Shown here piece after piece: positions 1 through 11,944 of a stretch of DNA of 28,498 bases (the first letter of the stretch is position 1; every line of letters starts with the position of its first letter). Location of the stretch: the NCBI GenBank assembly GCA_050613775.1, contig JBODTK010000159.1, forward strand, positions 372,001 to 400,498, in the 5' to 3' direction. The translations under genes and the position numbers were made by a program. Source of the DNA: Neocallimastix sp. 'constans' (Eukaryota). Below the pieces are notes generated by a model. It made no database searches, was not told where the DNA came from, and saw only the letters and a program-made list of their open reading frames with translations.

Positions 1-325
1 TATTATAATATTTCCAAATTTTCATATCATAAACAACTAAATATCTAAATATGTTTTACAAAAATATTCTAAAAATTTTTAAAAATTGACAATAATTATT
101 TTTAATGGATTTAATTTTAATTATAACATAAATATTAAATATGTATTCAGGATTTATAAATGGTAAATTTGAAATAGCTTTATAATAAATGAATATATTA
201 ATATTATTTTTTACTTCATTATAGCATAATTTATTTTTTTTTTAATTTCTAGTGATTTTTTATAATGCCAAATACAATATTTGATATTTTTATTAGGAAA
301 TATTGTTTTTTGCTGCTTTAGATAT
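1..325 (-). pseudogene. Fragment of a decayed MULE (Mutator-like) transposase, left copy, internally deleted; continues off the window edge
   Basis: 1-325 aligns directly to ~26765-27075. The minus strand at ~250-292 reads KNIKYCIWHYKKSL (MULE CxxH motif). After 'tgctgctttagatat' it jumps to sequence matching ~27938 onward, so ~860 bp are deleted. Confidence 0.8.
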
Positions 326-464
326 TATTCATGATATTAATTTCGAAAAATTAATTTTTCAATTATTTGTAAAATAAAATAAAATAAAATCAATAAATAA
401 ATAAAGAATGTAATAATATAAGTACAAGTATATAAAATAAAATAAAATATAATAAAATAAAATA

Positions 465-770
465 AACTGTAGAAATATAAAGTACAGATTGAATAAAATA
501 AAATAAAATATAATAAAATAAAATAAACTGTAGAAATATAAAGTACAGATTGAATAAAATAAAATAAAATAAATTGCAGAAATATAAAGTACAGATTGAA
601 TAAAATAAATAGTAAAATATAAATATAAAGTACAGATTGAATAAAATAAATAGTAAAATATAAATATAAAGTACAGATTGAATAAAATAAATAGTAAAAT
701 ATAAATATAAAGTACAGATTGAATAAAATAAATAGTAAAATATAAATATAAAGTACAGATTGAATTGAAT
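465..770 (+). repeat. Minisatellite with core aaatataaagtacagattgaataaaata, 7 copies, 41-61 bp period; MULE-associated
   Basis: gtacagattgaa starts at 482, 543, 589, 630, 671, 712 and 753. The same repeat occurs 3 times at 28135-28235 and once inverted at 1107-1118. Confidence 0.9.
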
Positions 771-1176
771 AAAATAAAATAAAATAAATATGTGAATGAC
801 AATAAAAGTATATAAATAAAATAAATATTTATTAATATTTTTTATTAAAGAATATTAAAGACAATTTATTTTTAAAAATAAAATGTTTTTTTTTTTTTTT
901 AATTATATATGTTAGAAAACTAAAAAACTAATTTATATTTAATGAGATTATTAACAATCAATAATACTGTTTTATATATTAAATTACATCATTAATTAAA
1001 TATAATAAAAATGTAAAAAAATTTTCATTTCAAAAACATTGATCTTTAATATTCTTAAATAAAAAATAATAATAGATATTTATTTTATTTTATTTTATTT
1101 ATTTTATTCAATCTGTACTTTATATTTATATTTCAACTAATTATTTTATTTTAATTTTATTTTATTTTATATACTT

Positions 1177-1522
1177 ATATGTTACGTATATTACGATACC
1201 AGAACTCAAAATTCTTCGATTCAAGGCGATCATTTTTGGGAAGAGCAATATCAATTTTAGACATTGTAAAATGAGACTCTTAATCTAATAGAAAATAGAA
1301 TAAGTAGATAATTTGTTTTTATAGTATAAACTTTATTTATTATTAAAATATTTATATACATTTGGAATTTACAAATATTTACAAATTTAGAAAATTATAT
1401 TACTATTTCTACTAAATGTGGCTCATAAAAATATAACAAAAATTTTCATAACAGAAAATAATAAAACAATGAAAAATTAATTTTAATTTATTTTAAATTA
1501 ATTTTCTTTATATAACTTAACA
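1177..1522 (-). mobile_element. Truncated duplicate of the Ty1/copia element: 5' LTR (1286-1522), PBS region and first ~30 gag codons
   Basis: Near-identical to 9722-10102 apart from a ~36 bp deletion at a 'cata' microhomology. The LTR edge is ttaaca at 1517-1522. Confidence 0.85.
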
Positions 1523-1540
1523 AAAATAGAATATAATAAT

Positions 1541-1683
1541 AAAAATTAAAATTAAAATTAAAATTAAAATTAAAATTAAAACTAAAATTAAAATTAAAAT
1601 TAAAATTAAAATCAAAATTAAAATTAAAATTAAAATTAAAATTAAAATCAAAATTAAAATTAAAATTAAAATTAAAATTAAAA
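1541..1683 (+). repeat. (AAAATT)n microsatellite
   Basis: More than 20 hexamer units seen directly; the paralogous site at ~10121-10148 has only ~4. Confidence 0.9.
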
Positions 1684-1964
1684 TGTATAAATTTAATTAA
1701 TATAATTAAATTTAATTTATAATAAAAAAAATATTTCCGTAAAAAAAAAAAAAAAGATCAAAAATGATGATTAAAAATTATACGGTATACTATTATAAAA
1801 TTTTTAAAATATTCCAAATTATCCTAAATTTAGTTAATATTTAGTAGTACATATTGTTGTAACGATTAAATAGTTGAATAATAGATTCATTCATGTGAAA
1901 AACATCTCAAATAAATATTTATATTTAAAATTTTAAATATAATTTTTTAATTATATATATATAA

Positions 1965-1995
<31 letters not shown>

Positions 1996-3717
1996 TATCA
2001 AACAAAATGGATATAAAATGAAAATAAAACAGAAATAAAATAAAAATAAAATAAATTAATTTAATAAGTAATCTATATTTATTTTATTATAAAAAATTAA
2101 AATAAATCTGAATATATTTAAAAAAAAATGAATTTCTTTTTAAACGTTTAGAAGTTCATTTAAAGATAATTATAATATAAAAAAATATATAATTAATAAA
2201 AAATGAAACAAATTTTATTGTATTAATTATTATTTTTTTTTAATTATTAACCTTATTAAATTTTTTTTTTTTTTTTTTTTTTACAGCCGCAATTATTGCG
2301 AACTTTAATCTTTATTTATTTATTCATTTATTAACTACATAAATATTTTTTATTTTATCCTTATTAAAGTGCATAATTTTAATTTATTCCTAAAAATTAT
2401 TATTATTGTTATTATTATTAATGTAATATAATAATAATAATAAATTATTATGGATTATTTTCTTCTATTATATTAGACTCTTCAAATATTAATATTTATA
2501 AATATTTAATTATAAACTGTAATAAATTAAATGCTAAGTAAAATTAATTTAAATAAAAATAATTTATTTATTAATTTTTTAAATTTTATTCTCATTTTTT
2601 TATTCAAAATGTATTTTATTTATAATTATTATTTTATATTTATTTTATTTTTTATTTAATTATATATATAATTATTTTATATTTTTATATTTTTATTTAT
2701 TAAATTATATATATTATTATTTTATATTTTTTAAAAAAAAAAAAATAAAAAAAGATCAAAAGTGTTAATTAAGTTTTACATAGTATATACAATATAAAAT
2801 ATATAAAATATTCCAAATTATCCTAAATTTAGTTAATATTTAGTTGCATATATTGTTGTTACGATTAAATAAATGATAAAATGGATTCATTCATGTGAAA
2901 AACATCTCAAATAAATATTAATATTTAAAATTTTAAATACAATTTCATAATTATATGCATATTATATAATGTAAAAAAAAAAAAATGAAAAGATATATAT
3001 TGAACAAAATAGATATAAAATAAAAATAAATTAAATTAATTCAATGAGTAATCATTGAATTAAAAATGAAATATTTATAAGTTATTTTAGTGGAAATAAA
3101 TCATTAATATTAATTTATAACATTTAATTATTAATAGAATATTGTACTTTTAAATACCTCTAAATACTTTTAAAAATTTTATTATTATTTTTTTTTTTTT
3201 AATTTGATATTTAATTATAATTATATATAATTATGTTTTTACTATTTATATTTATTTAATTTATCAATTTTTATTTATTTTATTTAATATTTTATTTTTT
3301 TAAATAATGAGTTATATTTTATATTTTTTATTTTTTTCTTAATTAAATTTTTTAATGTAAAATTTTTTTATTATATTATTGATATTTTTATTTTGAAATT
3401 TTAAATTTATTATATTATTTTAAAATTACATTTAAAATTTATATTTAAAAATTTATATATTACAAATATATTATATATTTTATTATTTTATTATATTTAT
3501 TTACTCATTATATAAATTTTAAATATTATTCTATTTTAATATTTATATTTTATAAAATTTTTATAAAATAATATTATTTTGTTATAATAATAATTTATAA
3601 TTTATAATTTATTATTTGTTTATTAAGTATATATAATATTTCTAAATATTTCTAAATTTTCTTTTTCTTTTTTTTCTTTTTTTTATTTCATTTTATTTTT
3701 CTTTATTTATTGATTAT

Positions 3718-6700
3718 TTAATTCCATGAAACAACAAAATCATCATTCATACTAATATCAAGATTCTTGATGATTAATTCATTGTTAGAGAATTCAAATT
3801 GAGCATCAGCATCATTAACCGTAACTGTTGATGGCTTAGAAGATACTCCAAGAATAGAAATTTCATGAAGATTTTGTGGTTCATCATAGTTGTAACTACC
3901 CTTAGCTGTGAGAGTGCCGTTTTCAACATTGTATTCAATTTCATTAAATTTACCATCCACATTGTAACTGATACCATCATCAAGATACAAAATACCATGA
4001 GCTTTCTTTTCACTATCAAGAGCAACTAAAAGTTCAAATGGCTTGTTACGATTTTCATAAACCGTTAATGATGGTCCTTGAGTTGGAATGATTTGTCCTC
4101 CACGAATATGAACTGGAATATGTTCAATTGGGGCATTTAATACCTTATAGGTTGGTCCAGTGATAACATTACTGTGATCATACCAATCATACCATATACC
4201 TTCTGGGAAGTATCCTTCAACCGATGTTTTACCCTGTTCAATAACTGGTGTAATTAAGATACCTTTACCAACAAGGAATTGTTTATCGATTCCAAGAGCA
4301 GTAGCATCATTTGGCCATAAGGCAGCAAATGAATAAAGAATCATTTCTGAATGAGTATGAGTTCTAACTAAATAAGTATACATGTAGGGAAGAATCTTAT
4401 AACGAATAGCTAAAGCCCTACGAGAGGCTTCGGCGGTCTTTGGCCATATATATGGTTCTTGACTACGAATTCTAGCATTATCCCATTCTAATCCATTATG
4501 GTTTCTTCCAAATGGATTGAAAGCACCAAGTGCCATCCAACGAGCACAAAGTTCTTCATCCGCATTAGCTTGGAATCCACAAGTATCTGATCCAACCATA
4601 GGAATACCAAATAATTGGAAAGAAAGCATACCGGTGATGGAGTAATACATATCCTTCCACCATGAATGATTATCACCAAGCCAGTGAGCTGCATATCTAC
4701 CAGTACCTGGGAAAGTAGAACGTGAAAGAAGGAATGGTCTCTTAATTGGATCAATATTGAGAAGTGCTTCGTACGAAACAATTGATTCCATATGTCCATA
4801 CATATTATGAATATCATAATCAATAAGTCCTCCATAGTATTGAACATCCATATCAAGAGTCTTTGTCTTCAATGGAGCTTCATATCCAAAGTTATTAATA
4901 GCAAATGGTGGATTTCTTGGATTGAACTCTCCCATCTTAAACTTTGGATCATCACTACCAGAGTTACATGCTCCATTACAGAAACTAGCTGCTTCATTCA
5001 TATCAATCCAATTACCATCGGTCATTGCTAAATCTTTGAATAATTTAATTTCATTGGTCCAATATTCAACAATATTTGGATGATGCCAATCTGGGAATGC
5101 TGTATTTAAATTAACTGGCCATACTTCACCTAAGAAAAGTTCTCCATTCTTATCCTTGATGAAAATATCTTTTTCCATACCACGACTGAATGGCGCATAA
5201 TTATCATCCTTGGCAATTGCTGGATCAATCATATTAATGTAGTATTGATGATTACTTTTCAATTCATTCACAAATTTCTTCATTTCCGAAACTGGGAAGT
5301 TCTTTGCATCATAAGTAAAATCTTTATTGTTTTCCATATAATCAATATCAATCCACATGGTATCTAATGGAATGTTATTCTTTTTGTAGTTAGCCACGAC
5401 TTCACGAACTTCATCAATATTTCTGTATCCATAACGACATTGATGCCATCCAAGTGACCAATATGGTAATAAGGCTGGTGCTCCAATCACTTGGAAATAT
5501 TGCTTAGTAATATCTTCCATACTTGGTCCCATAAAGAAATACATATCAAAGTTACCACCAATGGCTTGAATGGTCATTAATCCATCTTGAATAGAAAATT
5601 GCATACCATGACTATTCTTAAGATAGAAACCGTATGCCTTTCCATCAATAATTTCAATATAGAATGGATGAGAACCATAAAGATTTTGTCCAACAGGATC
5701 AGCATTATCAGCATTCCATAATGCATGTGAAGTATTTTCACTATTTCTTTTATATGGTCCAAAGACTTCTCCGAAACCGTAGATTGCTGAGTTGCTATCA
5801 ACATTTTTAGAAATCTCAAGATATTGACGTTCGAAAATAAAAGACATACTTTCGAAAACTGGTGTTCCATCTTTACGATTAATATTAATTTTGAATGTTT
5901 CTCCATCTACTAATTCGTAGGAGTATTGTAAATCATCATTTGGTCCATCTTCAATTTCAAATGGATAAGCATCTTCTGGAACATCAACATTATGAGGATA
6001 ATCCTCAATATCCGTTGGTTGAATGTGAATATGAAGTCTATCATTAGTTTCAAATTTAGCTTGGAAATCTAATTTTGGAATATCAATATCATATTTTTCA
6101 CAAATTCTATCTTCGAGATCAAGAACAGCTGTCATTCCTGATTCTGATGTCTTTAAATCGGTAATGGTGTACGAACATCCACTTGGTCCTAAACCACAAT
6201 CATCAGTTTTCATAACATTATCACCAACTAACTTGAAACAAGAAGATGATTTGATATTAGTGATATCCTTTGTTTGATTATTACCATCATTGAAAAGAAC
6301 ATTGACTGATGAAACATCACTTGGGAAAGTGTAACTATACCAACCATCTCCAATATCACTGATGGTTTTACCTGGCCAAACTTCTCCATAAACATTATTA
6401 TCTTCATCATCCCAAGCCCAAAGATTAACTGTACTCCATCCATATGGTTTTTGGAAACGAACAGTAATTCCTTCCTTTTCAATATGAATATCTTTACCAA
6501 CTTCATTGAAACACCATGGAATACCATCTGTTTCTGATTCAGCCCAACAACAACCTGCTGCTTCACACTGTCTTTTAGTGACACCAATATAACCACAGTC
6601 AACACGACTCTTTTCATCAGCTGGACAATTCTTTGATTCTGGATCAGGTGTTGGTTCTGGATCTGGTGTTGGTTCTGGACTTGGTTCTGGATTTACAATT

Positions 6701-7092
6701 TTCTTTGAATTGAAACACCAAGGAATACCAGAAGTAGAAGATTCTGCCCAGCAACATCCACGACTGACACATTCACTTTCATTAATACCATAATAACCAC
6801 AATCAGTACGACTACTTTCATCAACTTCACAAGAATAAGATTCACTGCTTTTACATTCTGTTGTTTTACCACCGCTAGCGGTGTAGAAGCACCAAGGAGC
6901 GCCATCAACATTAGATGGATCCCAGCAACAACCATTACTGACGCAGGCACTTTCATTAATTCCTATGTAACCACAATCCTTACGAGCTAATGGTTCAACA
7001 GTACAGGAGCATTGATCATCTCTCTTGATAAGACCAGCAGCAGAGGATAAAGCAGCAAATTTAGCAATTAATATAGCTCTATTAAATTTCAT
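3718..7092 (-). CDS. Secreted GH31 alpha-glucosidase with 3 trefoil (P-type) domains and a CBM26-like module, copy 1 (1124 aa)
   Basis: Intronless ORF with signal peptide and KR dibasic site; three C..R.DCGY.G.....C...GCCW......PWCF repeats; a KPYGWSTVNLWAW..WPG..GDGWY..VLFNDG..QT module; GH31 motifs WIDIDYM, WIDMNE (nucleophile), RSTFPG..HWLGDN (acid/base), PMVGSDTCGF and GAFNPFGRNHN. Confidence 0.95.
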   Translation of the reverse strand: MKFNRAILIAKFAALSSAAGLIKRDDQCSCTVEPLARKDCGYIGINESACVSNGCCWDPSNVDGAPWCFYTASGGKTTECKSSESYSCEVDESSRTDCGYYGINESECVSRGCCWAESSTSGIPWCFNSKKIVNPEPSPEPTPDPEPTPDPESKNCPADEKSRVDCGYIGVTKRQCEAAGCCWAESETDGIPWCFNEVGKDIHIEKEGITVRFQKPYGWSTVNLWAWDDEDNNVYGEVWPGKTISDIGDGWYSYTFPSDVSSVNVLFNDGNNQTKDITNIKSSSCFKLVGDNVMKTDDCGLGPSGCSYTITDLKTSESGMTAVLDLEDRICEKYDIDIPKLDFQAKFETNDRLHIHIQPTDIEDYPHNVDVPEDAYPFEIEDGPNDDLQYSYELVDGETFKININRKDGTPVFESMSFIFERQYLEISKNVDSNSAIYGFGEVFGPYKRNSENTSHALWNADNADPVGQNLYGSHPFYIEIIDGKAYGFYLKNSHGMQFSIQDGLMTIQAIGGNFDMYFFMGPSMEDITKQYFQVIGAPALLPYWSLGWHQCRYGYRNIDEVREVVANYKKNNIPLDTMWIDIDYMENNKDFTYDAKNFPVSEMKKFVNELKSNHQYYINMIDPAIAKDDNYAPFSRGMEKDIFIKDKNGELFLGEVWPVNLNTAFPDWHHPNIVEYWTNEIKLFKDLAMTDGNWIDMNEAASFCNGACNSGSDDPKFKMGEFNPRNPPFAINNFGYEAPLKTKTLDMDVQYYGGLIDYDIHNMYGHMESIVSYEALLNIDPIKRPFLLSRSTFPGTGRYAAHWLGDNHSWWKDMYYSITGMLSFQLFGIPMVGSDTCGFQANADEELCARWMALGAFNPFGRNHNGLEWDNARIRSQEPYIWPKTAEASRRALAIRYKILPYMYTYLVRTHTHSEMILYSFAALWPNDATALGIDKQFLVGKGILITPVIEQGKTSVEGYFPEGIWYDWYDHSNVITGPTYKVLNAPIEHIPVHIRGGQIIPTQGPSLTVYENRNKPFELLVALDSEKKAHGILYLDDGISYNVDGKFNEIEYNVENGTLTAKGSYNYDEPQNLHEISILGVSSKPSTVTVNDADAQFEFSNNELIIKNLDISMNDDFVVSWN

Positions 7093-7575
7093 TTTGAAAT
7101 TTATTTATTTTTATATTTTTATTTTTAATAAAAAAATATGTTTTGAACTTTTAATTAAATTAAAAATTGATTTAAATATAATATTTTTAAAGTAAATTTT
7201 TTCTTTTCTTTTTAAAAAAATTATATTTGTATAATTAAAAAAAATATATTGATTATATTAATATATATATATATATATATTTTTATTTTAAAAAAAATCA
7301 ATAAATTTTAATAATTAATATTTTTTTTTAAAGAAAAATTTCAATAATAATATTTATCTAAAAATAATATTTATAATATTTATAATATTTACAAATTATA
7401 TAATTATATTTGATAATATAATTAAAAAAAAATAAAAAAATGATATTTATATTATTTATAATTTCTATAAACTAAAATATAAAATATATTTATATTTTTA
7501 AAGAATAAATTATAGTGAAAATTTGTTTCTTTTTATATAAAAAAAATATTGATTAAATTTATATTACTCCTAAAA

Positions 7576-7726
<151 letters not shown>

Positions 7727-8420
7727 GAGTAAAATTTTTAATTAATTTAGTTAAAATTAATATATATAATTTTCATCCATTTAATTAGTATCTTAAAAAT
7801 TAATTCAATTATACAATATAAATGTATTATGACTCTTCAGATAATAATATTTTACAACATTTAATTATTAACTGTGGTAAATTAAATACTAAGTAAAATT
7901 AATTTAAATAAAAAATGATTTATATATTAATTTCAAAAAATTTTATTCTCAATTTTTTATTTAAAATGTATTTTATTTATAATAATTATTATTTAATAAT
8001 TTATTTTATTATTATTTATTTTTTTTTTATTTATATAAATATTTTATTTATTTTTTATTATTTTATTATTCGTTATTAATAAAAAAAAAAAAGGAAAAAA
8101 ATAAATAAAATAATTTAATCACAACCACCTAAATCATATGCCATAAAAGATGAAAAAAAAAAAAAAAAAAAAAGAGATAAAATGAAATTTAAATTTTATT
8201 AAAAGCTTTAAATTTAAATTCTTGAATTTTATATAAAGAAATAAATTAAAATATTTTATTCATTTAACTAAAAGTATTTTTTTTCATTGATGTATTATTA
8301 TTATTATCATTATTTTTTTCTTAAATATGATGATTTAAATATTTATTTAAATAAAAATATTATTTAATGTATTTTTTATGTTAATAATAAAATAAAAAAA
8401 TATAAAAAAAATAGAAAAAA

Positions 8421-8708
8421 TGTTAATAGAAAATAGAATAAGTAGGTGTTTGTTTTTATAATATAAACTTTAATTAATTATTAAAATATTTATATTAATT
8501 TGGTAATTACAAAGATTTACAAATTAAAAAAACTACATATGTATTTATATTAAATGTAGCACATTAAATGTAATGAAATTTTCATACGTTAAAATCTGGT
8601 TATGTAAATTTATATACATTCAACATAACGAACATAACTGAAAATAATAAATCAATTAAAAAATAATTTTAAATTTATTTTAAAGCAGTTTTCTTTATAT
8701 TTTTAACA
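8421..8708 (-). repeat. 3' LTR (288 bp, TGTTAA...TTAACA ends)
   Basis: Starts tgttaa at 8421 and ends ttaaca at 8708. On the minus strand it follows the PPT-like gacagggaaa. Aligns along its length with 9831-10102. Confidence 0.88.
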
Positions 8709-8727
8709 TTTCCCTGTCAAACTCTAT

Positions 8728-9380
8728 TTTCATTTGTCAGAAATAGTGTTTGAAAATTTAGTCATTTTGGATCTATTAACGCTTTGGTTATTACATCAGC
8801 TAACATATTTTCTGCTTTAATAAATTCTAAGTTGATTAAATTGGTTTTAATTAAATTTTTATTAAAATAAAAATTATTAAATTTATATATTTTTATTTTG
8901 AATTTAATTTTGAATTTAATTTTAAATTAATTTTGAATTTGACTATTTTCAGTACTTGTTTTTACTACTTGATTGTTGGTATAAATTTTTTTAATTGTGT
9001 TTTTGATAATTGAATAATTAATATAAAATGTTTTTTATCCATAAAACCTTTTTTTTTTTGTAATATACAACAGTATTTATATATTCTGCTTCCATAGTAG
9101 AAGTGACTACATATTTTTTTGTTTAATTGATCTATTCCCATTAAAATAAGGGGTCCGGAGGTATATTTTTTTTATCATTTATAGCCCCTCCTAAGTCTGA
9201 ATCTATATAAGCTACAATTTACTCTGTTCCTGTGTATTTTAATTTATAAATTTTAGTTTCATTTAAATATCTTAAAATGTTGATAATCTCTTCCCAATAA
9301 TATAAAGTAGTGTTTTCTTCACTTCTAGCAGCTTTATTAACAGCAAGAGCAACTTCAGGTCTAGTGCATTTTTGCTACAT
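8728..9380 (-). pseudogene. Ty1/copia RT C-terminus and RNase H remnant with stops and frameshifts
   Basis: Manual minus-strand translation gives KCTRPEVALAVNKAAR..W..I..ILRYL, AYIDSDLGG..DKK/TSG, VVTSTMEAEYI, IYTNNQSS and FIKAENMLADVITKAL. These match the copia motifs TRPDI, YSDADW, SSTEAEY, DNQSA and ADILTK. Confidence 0.9.
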
Positions 9381-9399
9381 CAATTAAAGATTACCATAA

Positions 9400-9809
9400 T
9401 AGTAATGTCTTATGTGACCATTCTTCAAGCATTCATTTTAAGTTTTAGCTTTTAATTTTTAAGCTTTTCAATCCATTGCTGCCATCTTAAGTTTCATTTT
9501 TTGTCATATTCTTGTTTAAAAACCTTAAATAACCTCGAATGGTAGGTCTAAATCATTCACCATTTATAAAGCTTCAGGTGACAAGTTGTTCACAATAATG
9601 GAATCAGTTAAAACTTGTTCTTTGGTAGCTTTTTCCAGTTTGTCATTAGTGAGTGTACTCTTATCTATACATTCAATTAAATAATCAGATTCAATAAATT
9701 TCATGAGACCTCTGGCTTGTAATATGTTACGAATATTACGATACCAGAACTCAAAATTCTTCGAGTCAAGGCGATCATTTTTGGGAAGAGCAATATAAAT
9801 TTTAGACAT
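9400..9809 (-). pseudogene. Ty1/copia gag N-terminal remnant (includes the 81 aa ORF 9564-9809)
   Basis: RLDSKNFEFWYRNIRNILQARGLMKFI resembles the copia gag N-terminal L.G.NY..W...M...L....L pattern. It starts 21 bp after the 5' LTR and decays into stops and frameshifts. Confidence 0.8.
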
Positions 9810-9830
9810 TGTAAAATGAGACTCTTAATC

Positions 9831-10102
9831 TAATAGAAAATAGAATAAGTAGATAATTTGTTTTTATAGTATAAACTTTATTTATTATTAAAATATTTAT
9901 ATACATTTGGAAATTACAAATATTTACAAATTTAGAAAATTATATTACTATTTCTACTAAATGTGGCTCATAAAAATATAACAAAAATTTTCATACTTTA
10001 AAATCTTATTTATATTCACATAACAAACATAACAGAAAATAATAAAACAATGAAAAATTAATTTTAATTTATTTTAAATTAATTTTCTTTATATTTTTTA
10101 CA
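9831..10102 (-). repeat. 5' LTR of the copia element
   Basis: Diverged direct repeat of ~8424-8708; outer end tttaca at 10102; immediately followed on the minus strand by the PBS-like site and gag ATG. Confidence 0.85.
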
Positions 10103-11944
10103 AAAATAAAATATAATAATAAAATTAAAATTAAAATTAAAATTAAAATAAATAAATTTAATTAATATAATTAAATTTAATTTATAATAAAAAAAAATCT
10201 CCGTTAAAAAAAAAAAAAAGGACCAAAAATAATGATATTATAAAATTTTTAAAATATTCCAATTATCCTAAATTTAGTTAATATTTAGTATTACATATTG
10301 TTGTAACGATTAAATTGAATAATAAATTCATTCATGTGAAAAACATCTCAAATAAAATTTATATAAAATTTTAAATATAATTTTATAAAAATATATATAA
10401 TTAAAAAAAAAAAAGAAAAAAATATATATATATCAAACAAAATGGATATAAAATTAAAATAAAACAGAAATAAAATTAAAATAAAATAAATTAATTCAAT
10501 AAGTAATCTATATTTATTTTATTATAAAAAAATTAAAATAAATCTGAATATATTTAAAAAAGAATGAATTTCTTTTTAAATATTTAGAATTTCATTTAAA
10601 AATAATTATAATATAAAAAAATATATAATGAATGAAAAATGAAACAAAATTTTTTGTATTAATTATTACTTTTTTTTTAATTATTAACCTTATTAAATTT
10701 TTTTTACAGCCACAATTATTGCGAACTTTAATCTTTATTTATTTATTCATTTATTAACTACATAAATATTTTTTATTTTAACCCTATTAAAGTGCATAAT
10801 TCTTATTTATTCCTGAAAATTATTATTATTGTTATTATTATTTATTGATTATTATTATTATTTTAGATTAAATTTATAATTTATTTAGTAAAAATTAATA
10901 TGGATTAATTTCTTCTATTTAATTAGTATTATAAAAATTTAATCCATTATTCAATATAAATATTATAAAAATATATTATGACTCTTCAAATATTAAAATT
11001 TAATTATAAACTGTTAAGTAAAATTAATTTAATTTAAATAAAAATAATTTATATATTAATTTCTTAAATTTTATTCTCATTTTTTAATTCAAAATGCATT
11101 TTATATATAATAATAATTTACATTTATTTTATATTTATTTTATCGTTACTTATTTTTATATAAATATAATAATTTTATATTTATTTTATTATTATTTATT
11201 AAATTATATTATATATTATATTTTTATAATATTATTATATCATTCATTATTAATAAAAAAATAGATAAAATAATTTAATCTCAACCACTTAAATCATTAT
11301 ACATATGAAAAAAAAAAAAAATAAAATAAAATAAAAAAAAGAGATTAAATAAAATCTATATTTTATTAAATGTTTTTCATTTAAATTCTTGAATCTTATA
11401 TAAGGGAATAAATTAAAATATATTTAATCATTTAACAAAAAATATTTTGATTTTAATTTTTTTTTTTTTTTTTTTTTTTTTTTATGACACATGATTTAAA
11501 AGGTTGTGAATAAATTATTTCATCATTAATAATGAATAATAAAATAATAATAAAATAAATATACAATAATTATATAAATAAATAAATAAATAACAGTAAA
11601 ATAAATTATAAAATTATAATTATTATAAATAAAATACATTCTGAATAAAAAAAATGAAAATAAATTTTTTAGAAATTAATATATAAATTATTTTATATTT
11701 AAATTAAATTAATTTTACTTTGCATTTAATTTATTACAGTTTATAATTAAATTTTATAAAATACTAATATATGAAGAGTCATAATACTTTTATAATATTT
11801 ATAATATTTATGTTGTATAATTGATCTAATTTTTATGATAATTAAATAGATGAAAATCATCTATATTAATTTTTACTAAATTAATTATAATAAATATTAA
11901 TAATAATAATAAATAATAATAATAATAATGATAAGAAATATTAA

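Larger units (their letters stand above)
8421..10102 (-). mobile_element. Internally deleted Ty1/copia LTR retrotransposon (~1.7 kb)
   Basis: Two diverged direct LTRs (8421-8708, ~9831-10102), gag N-terminus, RT C-terminus and RNase H remnants, and a purine tract beside the 3' LTR. The inverted paralogous region at ~13940-14200 lacks the element. Confidence 0.9.

Noticed and set aside
465..770. CRISPR-like regularly spaced repeat
   Set aside because: The intervening sequences are identical or low-complexity rather than unique spacers, there are no cas genes, and the context is eukaryotic.
359..802. 147 aa F/Y/I/L-rich ORF
   Set aside because: Translation of the 41 bp minisatellite and AT runs; no sign of a real protein.
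3774..6956. Nested alternate-frame ORFs in the GH31 genes (and their equivalents in copies 2 and 3)
   Set aside because: Shadow ORFs from AT-biased codon usage; they recur only because the host gene is duplicated.
8416..10107. Target-site duplication of the copia element
   Set aside because: The flanks aaaaa and aaaat are A-runs with no information.
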